Source: Pecten maximus
Lineage: Eukaryota
Reading direction: 5' to 3'
NCBI RefSeq assembly: GCF_902652985.1
Contig: NC_047018.1
Span: forward strand, 36,270,001-36,334,000
Length of the DNA: 64,000 nt
In this document: positions 15,505-28,289 of the stretch, piece by piece
Numbering within the stretch: position 1 is the first letter of the stretch
How the letters are laid out: each line of letters begins with the position of its first letter
The notes under the pieces: generated by a model
Told to the model about the DNA's origin: nothing
The model's input: only the letters and a program-made list of their open reading frames with translations
Databases searched by the model: none
Made by a program: the position numbers and the translations under genes

Positions 15505-17162
15505 GGTTTATACCACAGGGACCTGAACGTTATAGACCGCGGAATGGTTTATACCACAGGGACCTGAACGTTATAGACCGCGGAATGGTTTATACCACAG
15601 GGACCTGAACATTATAGACCGCGGAATGGTTTATACCACAGGGACCTGAACATTATAGACCGCGGAATGGTTTATACCACAGGGACCTGACAGTTATAGA
15701 CCACGGAATGGTTTATACCACAGGGACCAGAAAGGTATAGACCACGGAATGGTTTATACCACAGGGACCTGACAGTTATAGACCACGGAATGGTTTATAC
15801 CACAGGGACCTGAACGTTATAGACCGCGGAATGGTTTATACCACAGGGACCTGAACGTTATAGACCGCGGAATGGTTTATACCACAGGGACCTGAAAGTT
15901 ATAGACCGCGGAATGGTTTATACCTCAGGGACCTGAACATTATAGACCGCGGAATGGTTTATACCACAGGGACCTGAACATTATAGACCACGGAATGGTT
16001 TATACCACAGGGACCTGAACATTATAGACCACGGAATGGTTTATACCACAGGGACCTGAACATTATAGACCACGGAATGGTTTATACCACAGGGACCTGA
16101 CAGTTATAGACCGCGGAATGGTTTATACCACACGGACCTGAAAGTTATAGACCGCGGAATGGTTTATACCACAGGGACCTGAACGTTATAGACCGCGGAA
16201 CGGTTTATACCACAGGGACCTGAACATTATAGACCGCGGAATGGTTTATACCACAGGGACCTGAACGTTATAGACCGCGGAATGGTTTATACCACAGGGA
16301 CCTGAAAGTTATAGACCGCGGAATGGTTTATACCTCAGGGACCTGAACATTATAGACCGCGGAATGGTTTATACCACAGGGACCTGAAAATTATAGACCG
16401 CGGAATGGTTTATACCACAGGGACCTGAACGTTATAGACAGCGGAATGGTTTATACCACAGGGACCTGAACATTATAGACCGCGGAATGGTTTATACCAC
16501 AGGGACTTTACAGTTATAGACCGCGGAATGGTTTATACCACAGGGACCTGACAGTTATAGACCACGGAATGGTTTATACCACAGGGACCTGAACGTTATA
16601 GACCGCGGAATGGTTTATACCACAGGGACCTGACAGTTATAGACCACGGAATGGTTTATACCAAAGGGACCTGAACGTTATAGACCGCGGAATGGTTTAT
16701 ACCACAGGGACCAGAAAGTTATAGACCACGGAATGGTTTATACCAAAGGGACCTGAACGTTATAGACCGCGGAATGGTTTATACCACAGGGACCAGAAAG
16801 TTATAGACCGCGGAATGGTTTATACCACAGGGACCTGACAGTTATAGACCGCGGAATGGTTTATACCACAGGGACCTGAACATTATAGACCGCGGAATGG
16901 TTTATACCACAGGGGCCAGAAAGTTATAGACCGCGGAATGGTTTATACCACAGGGACCTGAAAGTTATAGACCGCGGAATGGTTTATACCACAGGGACCT
17001 GACAGTTATAGACCGCGGAATGGTTTATACCACAGGGATCTGAACATTATAGACCGCGGAATGGTTTATACCACAGGGACCTGAAAGTTATAGACCGCGG
17101 AATGGTTTATACCACAGGGACCTGAACATTATAGACCGCGGAATGGTTTATACCACAGGGAC
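15505..17162. repeat. Minisatellite E, 41-bp unit GGTTTATACCACAGGGACCTGAACGTTATAGACCGCGGAAT
   Basis: About 40 copies; internal inverted repeat TATAGACC/GGTTTATA. Confidence 0.98.
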
Positions 17163-18752
17163 ATACTATTTGTAATAGATGGCATGGTTGGACTTTCCTG
17201 TAGATTGCCATGGTTATATGACATACGTTGTCTTTGTGCTTTGGTTTCCTTGAGTACTGGAAACGGTTTTATGTCGACCCCCCCCCCCCCCCCCCCCCCC
17301 GATTAACGTTGGGTACTACTTTTCCCCTTCCTGTGATGACAATAGCGACACACACATGTTTGCTGGGTTTATTGCCCCGTGAACAGCCAATGTCCTTGTC
17401 CATGTAGTAGCTGGTGACTACCGCACTAAACAATACACTGAAGGTCCGTCGCATTCCAACTGTATATGTGCATAGAGCAATCAGGGTAAAGTGCCTTTCA
17501 TGGCACAACCACGACAGTACAGAACGGTCCGTTTCTCAGCTTCCTGAGAAACACAAACCAACATGGGTCGGGAGCGTTGGACCTCGGATCTTCACCACAC
17601 GTTATCGCGGTCCCCTTACCACGTGCTAATCTAAACCTGAAGAATTCTAACACTTCTCTCACTTCACTTAAGTAACCACCATGTCCCTGTGGGTTACACT
17701 GCTCTAGACTGTTGTCTTTGTATATTATACATGTTACAACGTATATCAATAAGTACAGGGATCCGTGTCAAGTCCCTGTGTCAAATCACCTATAAAATAC
17801 TGTATAAATCAAAACTGATTGACTGATCAAATACGAGCACTGCAAAGAGTACATGGAAACTTACCTACCTGGTATACAGTTATCCCTCTGGAATGCCAGG
17901 TATTCCCAGCTACGGTTATCCTTTAGTGGGACATATATGGTGGAATGACGGATATAGCTCCTCTGTTGTGAGGAACAACTCGGCAATAAAGCCGATCATT
18001 GGCGGTATTGGTATCGATCGGTTGGTGAGGCGGACCGTGACTCTATGCCACCTACATGCATATTTCTGTATTAAGAAGTTCACTGACTTTTTAATCAGTA
18101 AAATATTTACCAGTATAGTTTAATATATGTTTTACAAGCCAAAACACCAAATAAGACCTGGCTACTATTAGGACTAGTGTTCGATTCTGGCCATGTAAAT
18201 CCCTTCTATACTCTTGGCCAGATATCAATATATCTTGCCTGTTTTCATCAAAATCATTTTATAATGTAATAATTTCACGGGTATGTTCATTGATGTGTAA
18301 CACTAACCCCCGTGGTTTCTGAAGAAGTGTAGATTCAGATTCAGATTCTGTATTTCTTTGTGTTTTTCAACACATCAGGGAGAGTCCGACATTACAAAAC
18401 AATAAGACCTATTACTGTTTCACCGCAAATGCTATAAGAAGAATACAAGCGACTGTTCTAACGATATCTGTAGTATTTGGAGGAAAATCCGATGGAGTTA
18501 CTGTCTGGTATGTAGAAGTATGATATCTAGTCTGTGGATCCCACATTATTTCTTCTGTAGATGATTATTTAATTGATTTAGAATCAGAACAGATGTGTCG
18601 ATTCCCCGATATTTTCTTTAGCTCTTAGATATAGCAGTTCTTAAATATAGTCTGTCTTTGCTTTATCCTTTGCTGATTCCCAATAATCTCTTGAGGAGAT
18701 ATTAACTTCCCGCTCTTGACGATGATTTAAGCTATAGTCTATGGATTTCCCG

Positions 18753-20720
18753 CACTTTGTGGAGAGATCTACATTATAACAAGTAGAGATGTCACACTTT
18801 GTGGAGAGATCTACATTATAACAAGTGGAGATGTCACACTTTGTGGAGAGATCTACACTATAACAAGTAGAGATGTCACACTTTGTGGAGAGATCTACAT
18901 TATAACAAGTGGAGATGTCACACTTTGTATAGAGATCTACATTATAACAAGTGGAGATATGTCACACTTTGTGGAGAGATCTACATTATAACAAGTGGAG
19001 ATGTCACACTTTGTGGAGAGATCTACATTATAACAAGTGGAGATGTCACACTTTGTGGAGAGATCTACATTATAACAAGTAGAGATGTCACACTTTGTGG
19101 AGATATCTACATTATAACAAGTGGAGATGTGACACTTTGTGGAGAGATCTACATTATAACAAGTGGAGATATGTCACACTTTGTGGAGAGATCTACATTA
19201 TAACAAGTGGAGATGTCACACTTTGTGGAGAGATCTACATTATAACAAGTGGAGATGTCACACTTTGTGGAGAGATCTACACTATAACAAGTGGAGATGT
19301 GACACTTTGTGGAGATATCTACATTATAACAAGTAGAGATGTCACACTTTGTGGAGAGATCTACATTATAACAAGTGGAGATGTCACACTTTGTGGAGAG
19401 ATCTACATTATAACAAGTGGAGATGTCATACTTTGTGGAGAGATCTACACTATAACAAGTGGAGATGTGACACTTTGTGGAGATATCTACATTATAACAA
19501 GTAGAGATGTCACACTTTGTGGAGAGATCTACATTATAACAAGTGGAGATGTCACACTTTGTGGAGAGATCTACATTATAACAAGTGGAGATGTCACACT
19601 TTGTGGAGAGATCTACAATATAACAAGTAGAGATGTCACACTTTGTGGAGAGACCTATATTATAACAAGTGGAGATGTCACACTTTGTGGAGAGATCTAC
19701 ATTATGACAAGTGGAGATGTCACACTTTGTGGAGAGATCTACATTATAACAAGTAGAGATGTCACACTTTGTGGAGAGATCTACATTATAACAAGTGGAG
19801 ATGTCACACTTTGTGGAGAGATCTACATTATAACAAGTGGAGATGTCACACTTTGTGGAGAGATCTACATTATAACAAGTAGAGATGTCACACTTTGTGG
19901 AGAGATCTACATTATAACAATTGGAGATGTCACACTTTGTGGAGAGATCTACATTATAACAAGTAGAGATGTCACACTTTGTGGAGAGATCTACATTATA
20001 ACAAGTGGAGATGTCACACTTTGTGGAGAGATCTACAATATAACAAGTAGAGATGTCACACTTTGTGGAGAGACCTATATTATAACAAGTGGAGATGTCA
20101 CACTTTGTGGAGAGATCTACATTATAACAAGTGGAGATGTCACACTTTGTGGAGAGATCTACATTATAACAAGTAGAGATGTCACACTTTGTGGAGAGAT
20201 CTACAATATAACAAGTGGAGATGTCACACTTTGTGGAGAGATCTACAATATAACAAGTGGAGATGTCACACTTTGTGAAGAGATCTACATTATAACAAGT
20301 AGAGATGTCACACTTTGTGGAGAGATCTACATTATAACAAGTAGAGATGTCACACTTTGTGGAGAGATCTACATTATAACAAGTAGAGATGTCACACTTT
20401 GTGGAGAGATCTACACTATAACAAGTAGAGATGTCACACTTTGTGAAGAGATCTACATTATAACAAGTGGAGATGTCACACTTTGTGGAGATATCTACAT
20501 TATAACAAGTGGAGATGTCACACTTTGTGGAGAGATCTACACTATAACAAGTAGAGATGTCACACTTTGTGGAGAGATAAACATTATAATAAGTAGAGAT
20601 GTCACACTTTGTGGAGAGATCTACACTATAACAAGTGGAGATGTCACACTTTGTATGGAGAGATCTACATTATAACAAGTAGAGATGTCACACTTTGTGG
20701 AGAGATCTACATTATAACAT
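18753..20720. repeat. Minisatellite F, 42-bp unit CACTTTGTGGAGAGATCTACATTATAACAAGTGGAGATGTCA
   Basis: About 47 copies; explains the 526-aa VTLCGEIYIITSGD pseudo-ORF. Confidence 0.98.
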
Positions 20721-21344
20721 GTGGATTTTCAGCCTTTTGTGGAGAGGCGAGGTCTGACCTTTGCCATTGTATAGATAAGATCTGGTCAGTCAATTTCTTT
20801 TTATTTCTGTAGATCTAAGAGATATATAATAAGATGGACAGAAAGAGAGAACTGTAAATGTACTTGTTAACTTAACATAAGGATGGTGTCGTTTAATATA
20901 AAACAGATTAGTAGATTAAATATTAACCGTTAACAGCTTTCAATTTAGATATTTAGTGACCGTTCAAGCTGCAATAACAGCCTTTATATATAACCACAGA
21001 CTAAGCTATAAAACGTTAATCCAGCAACAAAACCAACGGTCCTTTAAACAGAATCTTATAAAAAAATCAATGCTTTTCAAAAGTGTCCATCACAAGAACC
21101 AACGGTCTGTGATAATATGCCACAAAGCCAATGTCTACAGTAAAATTCTCGGTCAATTCCGTCAAGGCCCGGAAAAAACGTCTTGACCAGATTCATTGAG
21201 ATGTTGCGATTGAGTTCACAAGTGCATGTGGCAATGTTTCCAGCGAAATACCAGAGAGAAATTCACCTGTCTTAGAAAATTAGGCGTTCCCTTTACTATT
21301 TATAGTACATGTATACTACAAAAGCCCACTCCTCCAGAATAATT

Positions 21345-22795
21345 TTGTTACATGTCCCTGTGGTCGAGTCGCTCTCCTCCCCCAGAAAACATTGTTGCAT
21401 GCCCCTGTGATCGAGTCGCTCTCCTCCCCCAGAAACATGGTTATATGTCACTGTGATCGGGTTGCTCTCCTCCCCCAGAAACATTGTTGCATGTCCCTGT
21501 GGTCGAGTCGCTCTCCTCCCCCAGAAACATTGTTGCATGTCCCTGTGATCGAGTCGCTCTCCTCCCCAAGAAACATGGTTATATGTCCCTGTGATCGAGT
21601 CGCTCTCCTCCCCCAGAAACATTGTTACATGTCACTGTGATCGGGTCGCTCTCCTCCCCCAGAAACATTGTTGCATGTCCCTGTGGTCGAGTCGCTCTCC
21701 TCCCCCAGAAACATTGTTGCATGTCCCTGTGATCGAGTCGCTCTCCTCCCCCAGAACATTGTTATATGCCCTGTGATCGAGTCGCTCTCCTCCCCAAGAA
21801 ACATTGTTACATGTCCCTGTGATCGAGTCGCTCTCCTCCCCAAGAAACATTGTTACACGCCCCTATGATTGAGTCGCCTCCTCCCCAAGAAACATTGTTA
21901 CACTCCCCTGTGATCGAGTCGCTCTCCTCCCCCAGAAACATTGTTGCATGTCCCTGTGATCGAGTCGCTCTCCTCCCCAAGAAACATTGTTACACTCCCC
22001 TGTGATCGAGTCGCTCTCCTCCCCAGAAACACTGTTACATGCCCCTGTGATTGAGTCGCTCTCCTCTCCCAGAAACATTGTTACATGCCCATATGGTCGA
22101 GTCGCTCTCCTCCCCCAGAAACATTGTTGCATGTCCCTGTGATCGAGTCGCTCTCCTCCCTAAGAAACATTGTTACATGCCCCTGTGATCGAGTCGCTCT
22201 CCTCCCCCAGAACATTGTTATATGCCCTGTGATTGAGTCGCTCTCCTCCCCAAGAAACATTGTTACATGCCCCTATGATCGAGTCGCTCTCCTCCCCCAG
22301 AACATTGTTATATGCCCTGTGATCGAGTCGCTCTCCTCCCCAAGAAACATTGTTACATGCCCCTGTGATCGAGTCGCTCTCCTCCCCAAGAAACACGGTT
22401 ATATGTCACTGTGATCGGGTCGCTCTCCTCCCCCAGAAACATTGTTACATGCCCCTGTGATCGAGTCGCTCTCCTCCCCAAGAAACATTGTTACATGCCC
22501 CTGTGATCGAGTCGCGCTCCTCCCCAAGAAACATGGTTATATGTCACTGTGATCGGGTCGCTCTCCTCCCCCAGAAACATTGTTACATGCCCCTGTGATC
22601 GAGTCGCTCTCCTCCCCAGAAACATTGTTACATGCCCCTGTGATCGAGTCGCGCTCCTCCCCAAGAAACACTGTTACATACCCCTGTGATCGAGTCGCTC
22701 TCCTCCCCCAGAAACATTGTTACATGCCCCTATGATCGAGTCGCTCTCCTCCCCCAGAAACATTGTTACATGCCCCTGTGATCGAGTCGCTCTCC
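21345..22795. repeat. Minisatellite G, ~46-bp unit GTCCCTGTGATCGAGTCGCTCTCCTCCCCCAGAAACATTGTTACAT
   Basis: About 31 copies. Confidence 0.97.
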
Positions 22796-22964
22796 ACACA
22801 AACTAAAGGTCGACCAGAAATTGTTTCATAGTTTCTATACATCCACTCTCACATGAAAAAACCCCCAAACGATTTCAGACAATAATCCATTATACACACG
22901 TTACTTTATCGCATAGCACGTGCAAGTCCCTCCCTAGTGTAATTTCCTTCTCTATCCGAGTACT

Positions 22965-23155
22965 GGGACGGTACGAGGACGGTACAAGGACGGTACGAGG
23001 ACGGTAAGGATACGAAGACGGTACGGGGACGGTATGGGGACGGTACGGAGACGACGGGTAAGGTACGGGGACGGCATGAGGACGGTATGGGGACGGTACT
23101 AGGACGGTACGAGGACGGTATGGGGACGGTATGGGGACGGTACGGGGACGGTATA
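22965..23155. repeat. G-rich 11-bp tandem repeat GGACGGTAYGR
   Basis: About 17 imperfect copies. Confidence 0.9.
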
Positions 23156-23520
23156 GACCCTACAGAGACAAGGCCTCTGCGGTGACCAGGAGACCACAGA
23201 GTGGAATATACCTGTTCGAACGTAACAATCTAAGGGTGATTTAAACCCCAAACTTTAATATCAGAAATTAAATAATACGAGTAGGATCCATCTCTGTCAC
23301 CACCAACAATGATGGCTGGGGGAACATTGGAAGTTTTTTCTTTGTTGTCTGTTCAATTAATAACCGTGACTGTTGACTGTTACGTATAACATGTACCGTT
23401 TTTCTTAAATTTCAATAGGCCATCAGCGCTTGTATTTCTTGGCATTTAAACAATTTTATGTAAGTAGAAATTATATTGGAATTCCGGGAATATTGAAACT
23501 AATGCATCGCTTTTTTTGTC

Positions 23521-23628
23521 AGATGGCACAGTAGTAACACGCTTGTCTTTCACATAGGCGGCCGAGGTTCGATTCCCAGACCGGACGTTAAAAGGTATCG
23601 AGTCACCTACCCGACCACGCGGGTTTTT
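23521..23628 (+). mobile_element. tRNA-derived SINE head, 3'-truncated
   Basis: A box TGGCACAGTAG and B box GGTTCGATTCC, then ACCCGACCACGCGGGTTTT where a V-domain would start. I could not fold a full cloverleaf. Confidence 0.7.
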
Positions 23629-24634
23629 GAAATTGTAAAATAAATAGTTAATATCATATAACAACAATTCTGTGATATAGTACATACTTGGTGTTATCAA
23701 CACGAACGGTAACTACAGAAACCTTCTTTGTATTTAAAACACTCACAAAAAAAAAAACTCACAAAAAGCCTAAACGAAGGTTTATGTGATTAAACGATAA
23801 TTGAAGACAATGGCATTGAAAATATCATGTGTCCCTGAAATGAATCTACTGTTGCAAATTTTGCCCTAACCTTGACCCAAGCACTATACAACTTATAGAG
23901 TAGTGTCCAGAGCTCTGAAAACACTGAGTACGTAAAAGGTTCTATAAATAGTGAATATAAAAAGTGACTACCTTGATATTGACCTTGACATTGACCTTGT
24001 CCCTGACCTTGTCCTTGACATTGATTAAACGTAATTCAGAATTGACGTTACTAGGCGTGATACGTCGGATATGCTTTTACTGGATTTTTTTTAGAATGGA
24101 GGAAGGGGGCACCTAATTTCTTTTTATTATCACTGACTTTAAAACAGAATATGTGTAAGGTCTATCTGTTCACATACCGGATGTTACCATGGTAAAGGTC
24201 AAGGCAGATAGTTAACCCCAATTGTTCGTGCAGTGCCGGTACAATTGGAGTAGGTGAACAAACACAGACATACCTGCCGAACCCACCACCTCATCGTCAG
24301 GGGAAACACTTCAAATGAATATCAGTGTTGTAACAGTTTGTGTCAACAACGATAACAAAACAGTTGTTTACTCTTCATAACAGACATTCCACACACAGTT
24401 TAGTTTCTCTTTTATGGCAATTTCAATTGGATCTGTATGACATGAATATCGAATATGATATGAACTGTTCATGAGTAAGTAGTCAATGGACATAAACTGT
24501 GGGTTATAGGCTACACGTGTAAACGTTACACAATATGTACAATATAGGTAACACGACTTACATACACAAACCACAATAGTGTGAGGACTGGTTACCAGGT
24601 TAGTTTCTCATAATAAAGACTGGCGTCTTGATGA

Positions 24635-24698
24635 TTGGCTTGGTTTAGTAATGGTTAACGTCCTATCAACAGCTATGGTCAATTTTAAAAGAACGACA
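24635..24698 (-). mobile_element. Degenerate SINE tail fragment
   Basis: Reverse complement of the same tail (TTAACGTCCTATCAACAGCTATGGTCA). Confidence 0.6.
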
Positions 24699-26048
24699 GA
24701 GAATGACAAGCAAAACATTACATGTACACTGTCTGAAAATGTTTCGTTTTAATCTCTACAATTACAAAACAAATTCTTATTGTGCACGAGTTGTATTCTA
24801 GCCTTTTTCCCCTCGAGTTGATTTCTACAGATTAGAAACAACTTTCTTTCATACCATTTCCAATAATACTATTAATAAATATCTATATTAACTGTGTCGG
24901 TTTAAATCCCAACCTGTAACCTAGTGCATGTCAAACACTTTTAATCATGTAAGCGAAACGAAATATCAGAACAAAGTCTCGAGATTTCAATTAAAGGTAT
25001 GACGTGATGAAAATCACGTGCATTTAAGACAGGTGTACATTTGTAAGTATAGGCGTTACCCTAGTCTATAGCTAAACACACACGAAAGAAATTATTTCAA
25101 GTAGCTGCTAGGCGGCTAAAAACACCAGGTGTTTGTTACCAGAATCTAATACCTGTTTTTTTAATACTAATTTTGAAAACTAAATAAAAAAGCGACCTCT
25201 TATGTGAAAACATTTTGGAGTCAACAGAGGTACAGATGATTACAAACAAACAAGTCATATTACCAGACCATAGTGTTATATAACACCATCAAGGTAAAAT
25301 ATTTGCAAGTTATGTTATTGATACGAGTTCTTTATTTGTTTGAAGTATACTGTGTCTGTATGTCATGCCTTTGTTAGGATTGACATCGAGAACGAGACAA
25401 AATAATCTTCAATTTCTGAAAAAAATAACATTTTGGACTACTTTTCTAGTGTCCTATATATGATGTTTAACACTGGATTGGAACTCGTGCTCTCAGACCA
25501 TTGTCTAGTGTCAGTGATGACAGGTTTCGCATAAAAAAATACATTATTTTTTTGTTCACATACTTCACAATAAACTCAGGTTTTAAATTACAGAGACCAT
25601 GAAGTAACTAACCCAAGAGTTAAGCGATTGAATTTATCTGACGTTAATTCGTCTGGCTATTTAACCAATTTGTATCGACCTATGTAATTTATTGTTCAAC
25701 AAAATCATATCGCTAGATCTGACAATACGGTTAGTTATAACCACTAGGGAAACGTATTCCTTACACTGTTCCACAGGGATTTGGTAAAAATTCTCTATCA
25801 AATTAGATACGTTAATACCCACATACAGAGAGCGGACCAAGATCATGTGTCACATCCCTGTGCCCCGGTACAAAACCTTAGTTACCCCGTGAACACAGAA
25901 GAAACACTGTTTACAAGTAAGATACACGAAACCTTATTATTACAGGTCTATATATCATCCAGGAGTTTTATCGAGGAGTAAAATATAAAACGGGTACACA
26001 TTAGCAATGAGCAGCTAGAAATAAACGAGTAGGGAACATGTACAACCC

Positions 26049-26106
26049 TAGTCCGAGTTTCCTCTGGCCCTGACACCATGTCTAGGACCAGAGGAAACTC
26101 GGGCTA
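26049..26106. mobile_element. Palindromic TAGCCCGAG mini-element copy
   Basis: Same arms; right arm internally shortened. Confidence 0.78.
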
Positions 26107-26398
26107 ATGCATCCCCAGTTCCGAGTATACTGCCAGAGAACTCCAGATGCTCGTGTTCAAAATTGGTACTACCAACATGATATTTTTCCTGTTGTAGTGA
26201 TTATATTCAATATACTGTGACACAATTCAGACTTCGTACTGTCAAAATGGAGGTAATCTGTCCGACTTTGACGCCACCAACACTGATGTTCTAATGTGAT
26301 TCCACCATTAATGAAGCCATGTCCAACCACTTGATGCCATCAAAGTTGATGCCCAATAATATGTGTATAATGCAGGTAAACGATCGTGTTCAACATCC

Positions 26399-27570
26399 GT
26401 GATGTCGCCTTTATATAGTATCTATAAATGGACCGTGGGCCAATCCCCTGTGATGTCGCCTATTATATAGTATCTATAAATGGACCGTGGGCCAATCCCC
26501 TGTGATGTCGCCCATTATATAGTATCTATAAATGGACCGTGGACCAATCCCCTGTGATGTCGCCCATTATATAGTATATATAAATGGACCGTGGGCCAAT
26601 CCCCTGTGATGTCGCCCATTACATAGTATCTATAAATGGACCGTGGGCCAATCCCCTGTGATGTCGCCCATTATATAGTATCTATAAATGGACCGTGGGC
26701 CAATCCCCTGTGATGGCGCCCATTATATAGTATCTATAAATGGACCGTGGGCCAATCCCCTGTAATGTCGCCTATTATATAGTATCTATAAATGGACCGT
26801 GGGCCAATTCCCTGTGATGTCGCCCATTATATAGTATCTATAAATGGACCGTGGGCCAATCCCCTGTGATGTCGTCCATTACATAGTATCTATAAATGGA
26901 CCGTGGGCCAATCCCCTGTGATGTCGCCCATTACATAGTATCTATAAATGGACCGTGGGCCAATCCCCTGTGATGTCGCCCATTACATAGTATCTATAAA
27001 TGGACCGTGGGCCAATCCCCTGTGATGTCGCCCATTACATAGTATCTATAAACGGACCGTGGGCCAATCCCCTGTGATGTCGCCCATTATATAGTATATA
27101 TAAACGGACCGTGGGCCAATCCCCTGTGATGTCGCCCATTATATAGTATCTATAAATGGACCATGGGCCAATCCCCTGTGATGTCGCCTATAAATGGACC
27201 GTGGGCCAATCCCCTGTGATGTCGCCCATTATATAGTATCAAATGGACAGTGGGCCAATCCCCTGTGATGTCTCCCATTATATAGTATCTATAAATGGAC
27301 CGTGGGCCAATCCCCTGTGATGTCGCCCATTATATAGTATCTATAAATGGACCGTGGGCCAATCCCTTGTGATGTCGCCTATAAATGGACCGTGGGCCAA
27401 TCCCCTGTGATGTCGCCCATTATATAGTATCTATAAATGGACCGTGGGCCAATCCCCTGTGATGTCGCCCATTATATAGTATCTATAAATGGACCGTGGG
27501 CCAATCCCCTGTGATGTCGCCCATTATGTAGTATCTATAAATGGACTGTGGACCAATCCCCTGTGATGTT
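26399..27570. repeat. Minisatellite I, 52-bp unit GTGATGTCGCCCATTATATAGTATCTATAAATGGACCGTGGGCCAATCCCCT
   Basis: About 23 copies, two with the same internal deletion. Confidence 0.97.
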
Positions 27571-28289
27571 ACCAATGTGGGTGTTCCATCACAGACCTAC
27601 TATCAAAGTACTACAATCAGTGTAGATGTTCACCATCATCCGCGACATTAAAATCACTTGTGTTGGTGTAATTTTTGTTCAGAAAACTGTACAAATTACG
27701 AGATATACATGTTTTTTTCGACATATCTATCATGCATGTGACACGACTATCAGACAATGCTATAGACAACTTACTCATCCCTTTTCCTAAATACATGAAA
27801 ATGTACTAACTGGATTAGAAATAAGAACGTTTTATACACACCTGTCGTAATGAACCGCTGGTATCTTGTCCAGGTACGTCTTCCTGACTACTGGGGATAA
27901 AGGATACACCAGCGGAGATAAGCCTGGTAGTCAGGCACAAGTATTTTCGCCGAGTGTTATCGCGCCCCACTCGTACCTCTCGATACCGTAGTAATACCAG
28001 CCTGTCAAACCTAGATCTCAATGTTTATACTAGAATAGGCAACTCGAATATGATTAAATATATGTACATATAAATCGAAAGTGGGATTTAAATATATTAA
28101 TGGATATGCGTTTTGAACTAAAATGGAGTCACTGAGTCGAGATCACGAGCAAAGAGACGGAATACAGCTATTTTCATTGGAAATCGATTTCAGCGACTCT
28201 ATAGTAAAATGGAGCCACGACATGAAACACGGGGAACAGGTCATCATCTTACGACAGCACGACCACTTAGAGAGGATGTTAATTGCTTA

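Noticed and set aside
17278-17300. C23 homopolymer
   Set aside because: Common simple repeat whose length is unreliable in assemblies.
19095-20675. 526-aa VTLCGEIYIITSGD repeat protein
   Set aside because: 42-bp minisatellite with no ATG or splice context; 2-bp insertions break the frame.
23521-23600. Functional tRNA genes (also 34970-35045, 46860-46930)
   Set aside because: A/B boxes are present, but I could not fold a full cloverleaf and each is embedded in repeat context.
27842-28010. Possible selenoprotein exon (…ENTCA-TGA-LPG…)
   Set aside because: Single TGA in one frame of an unverified exon; no family match and no SECIS identified.
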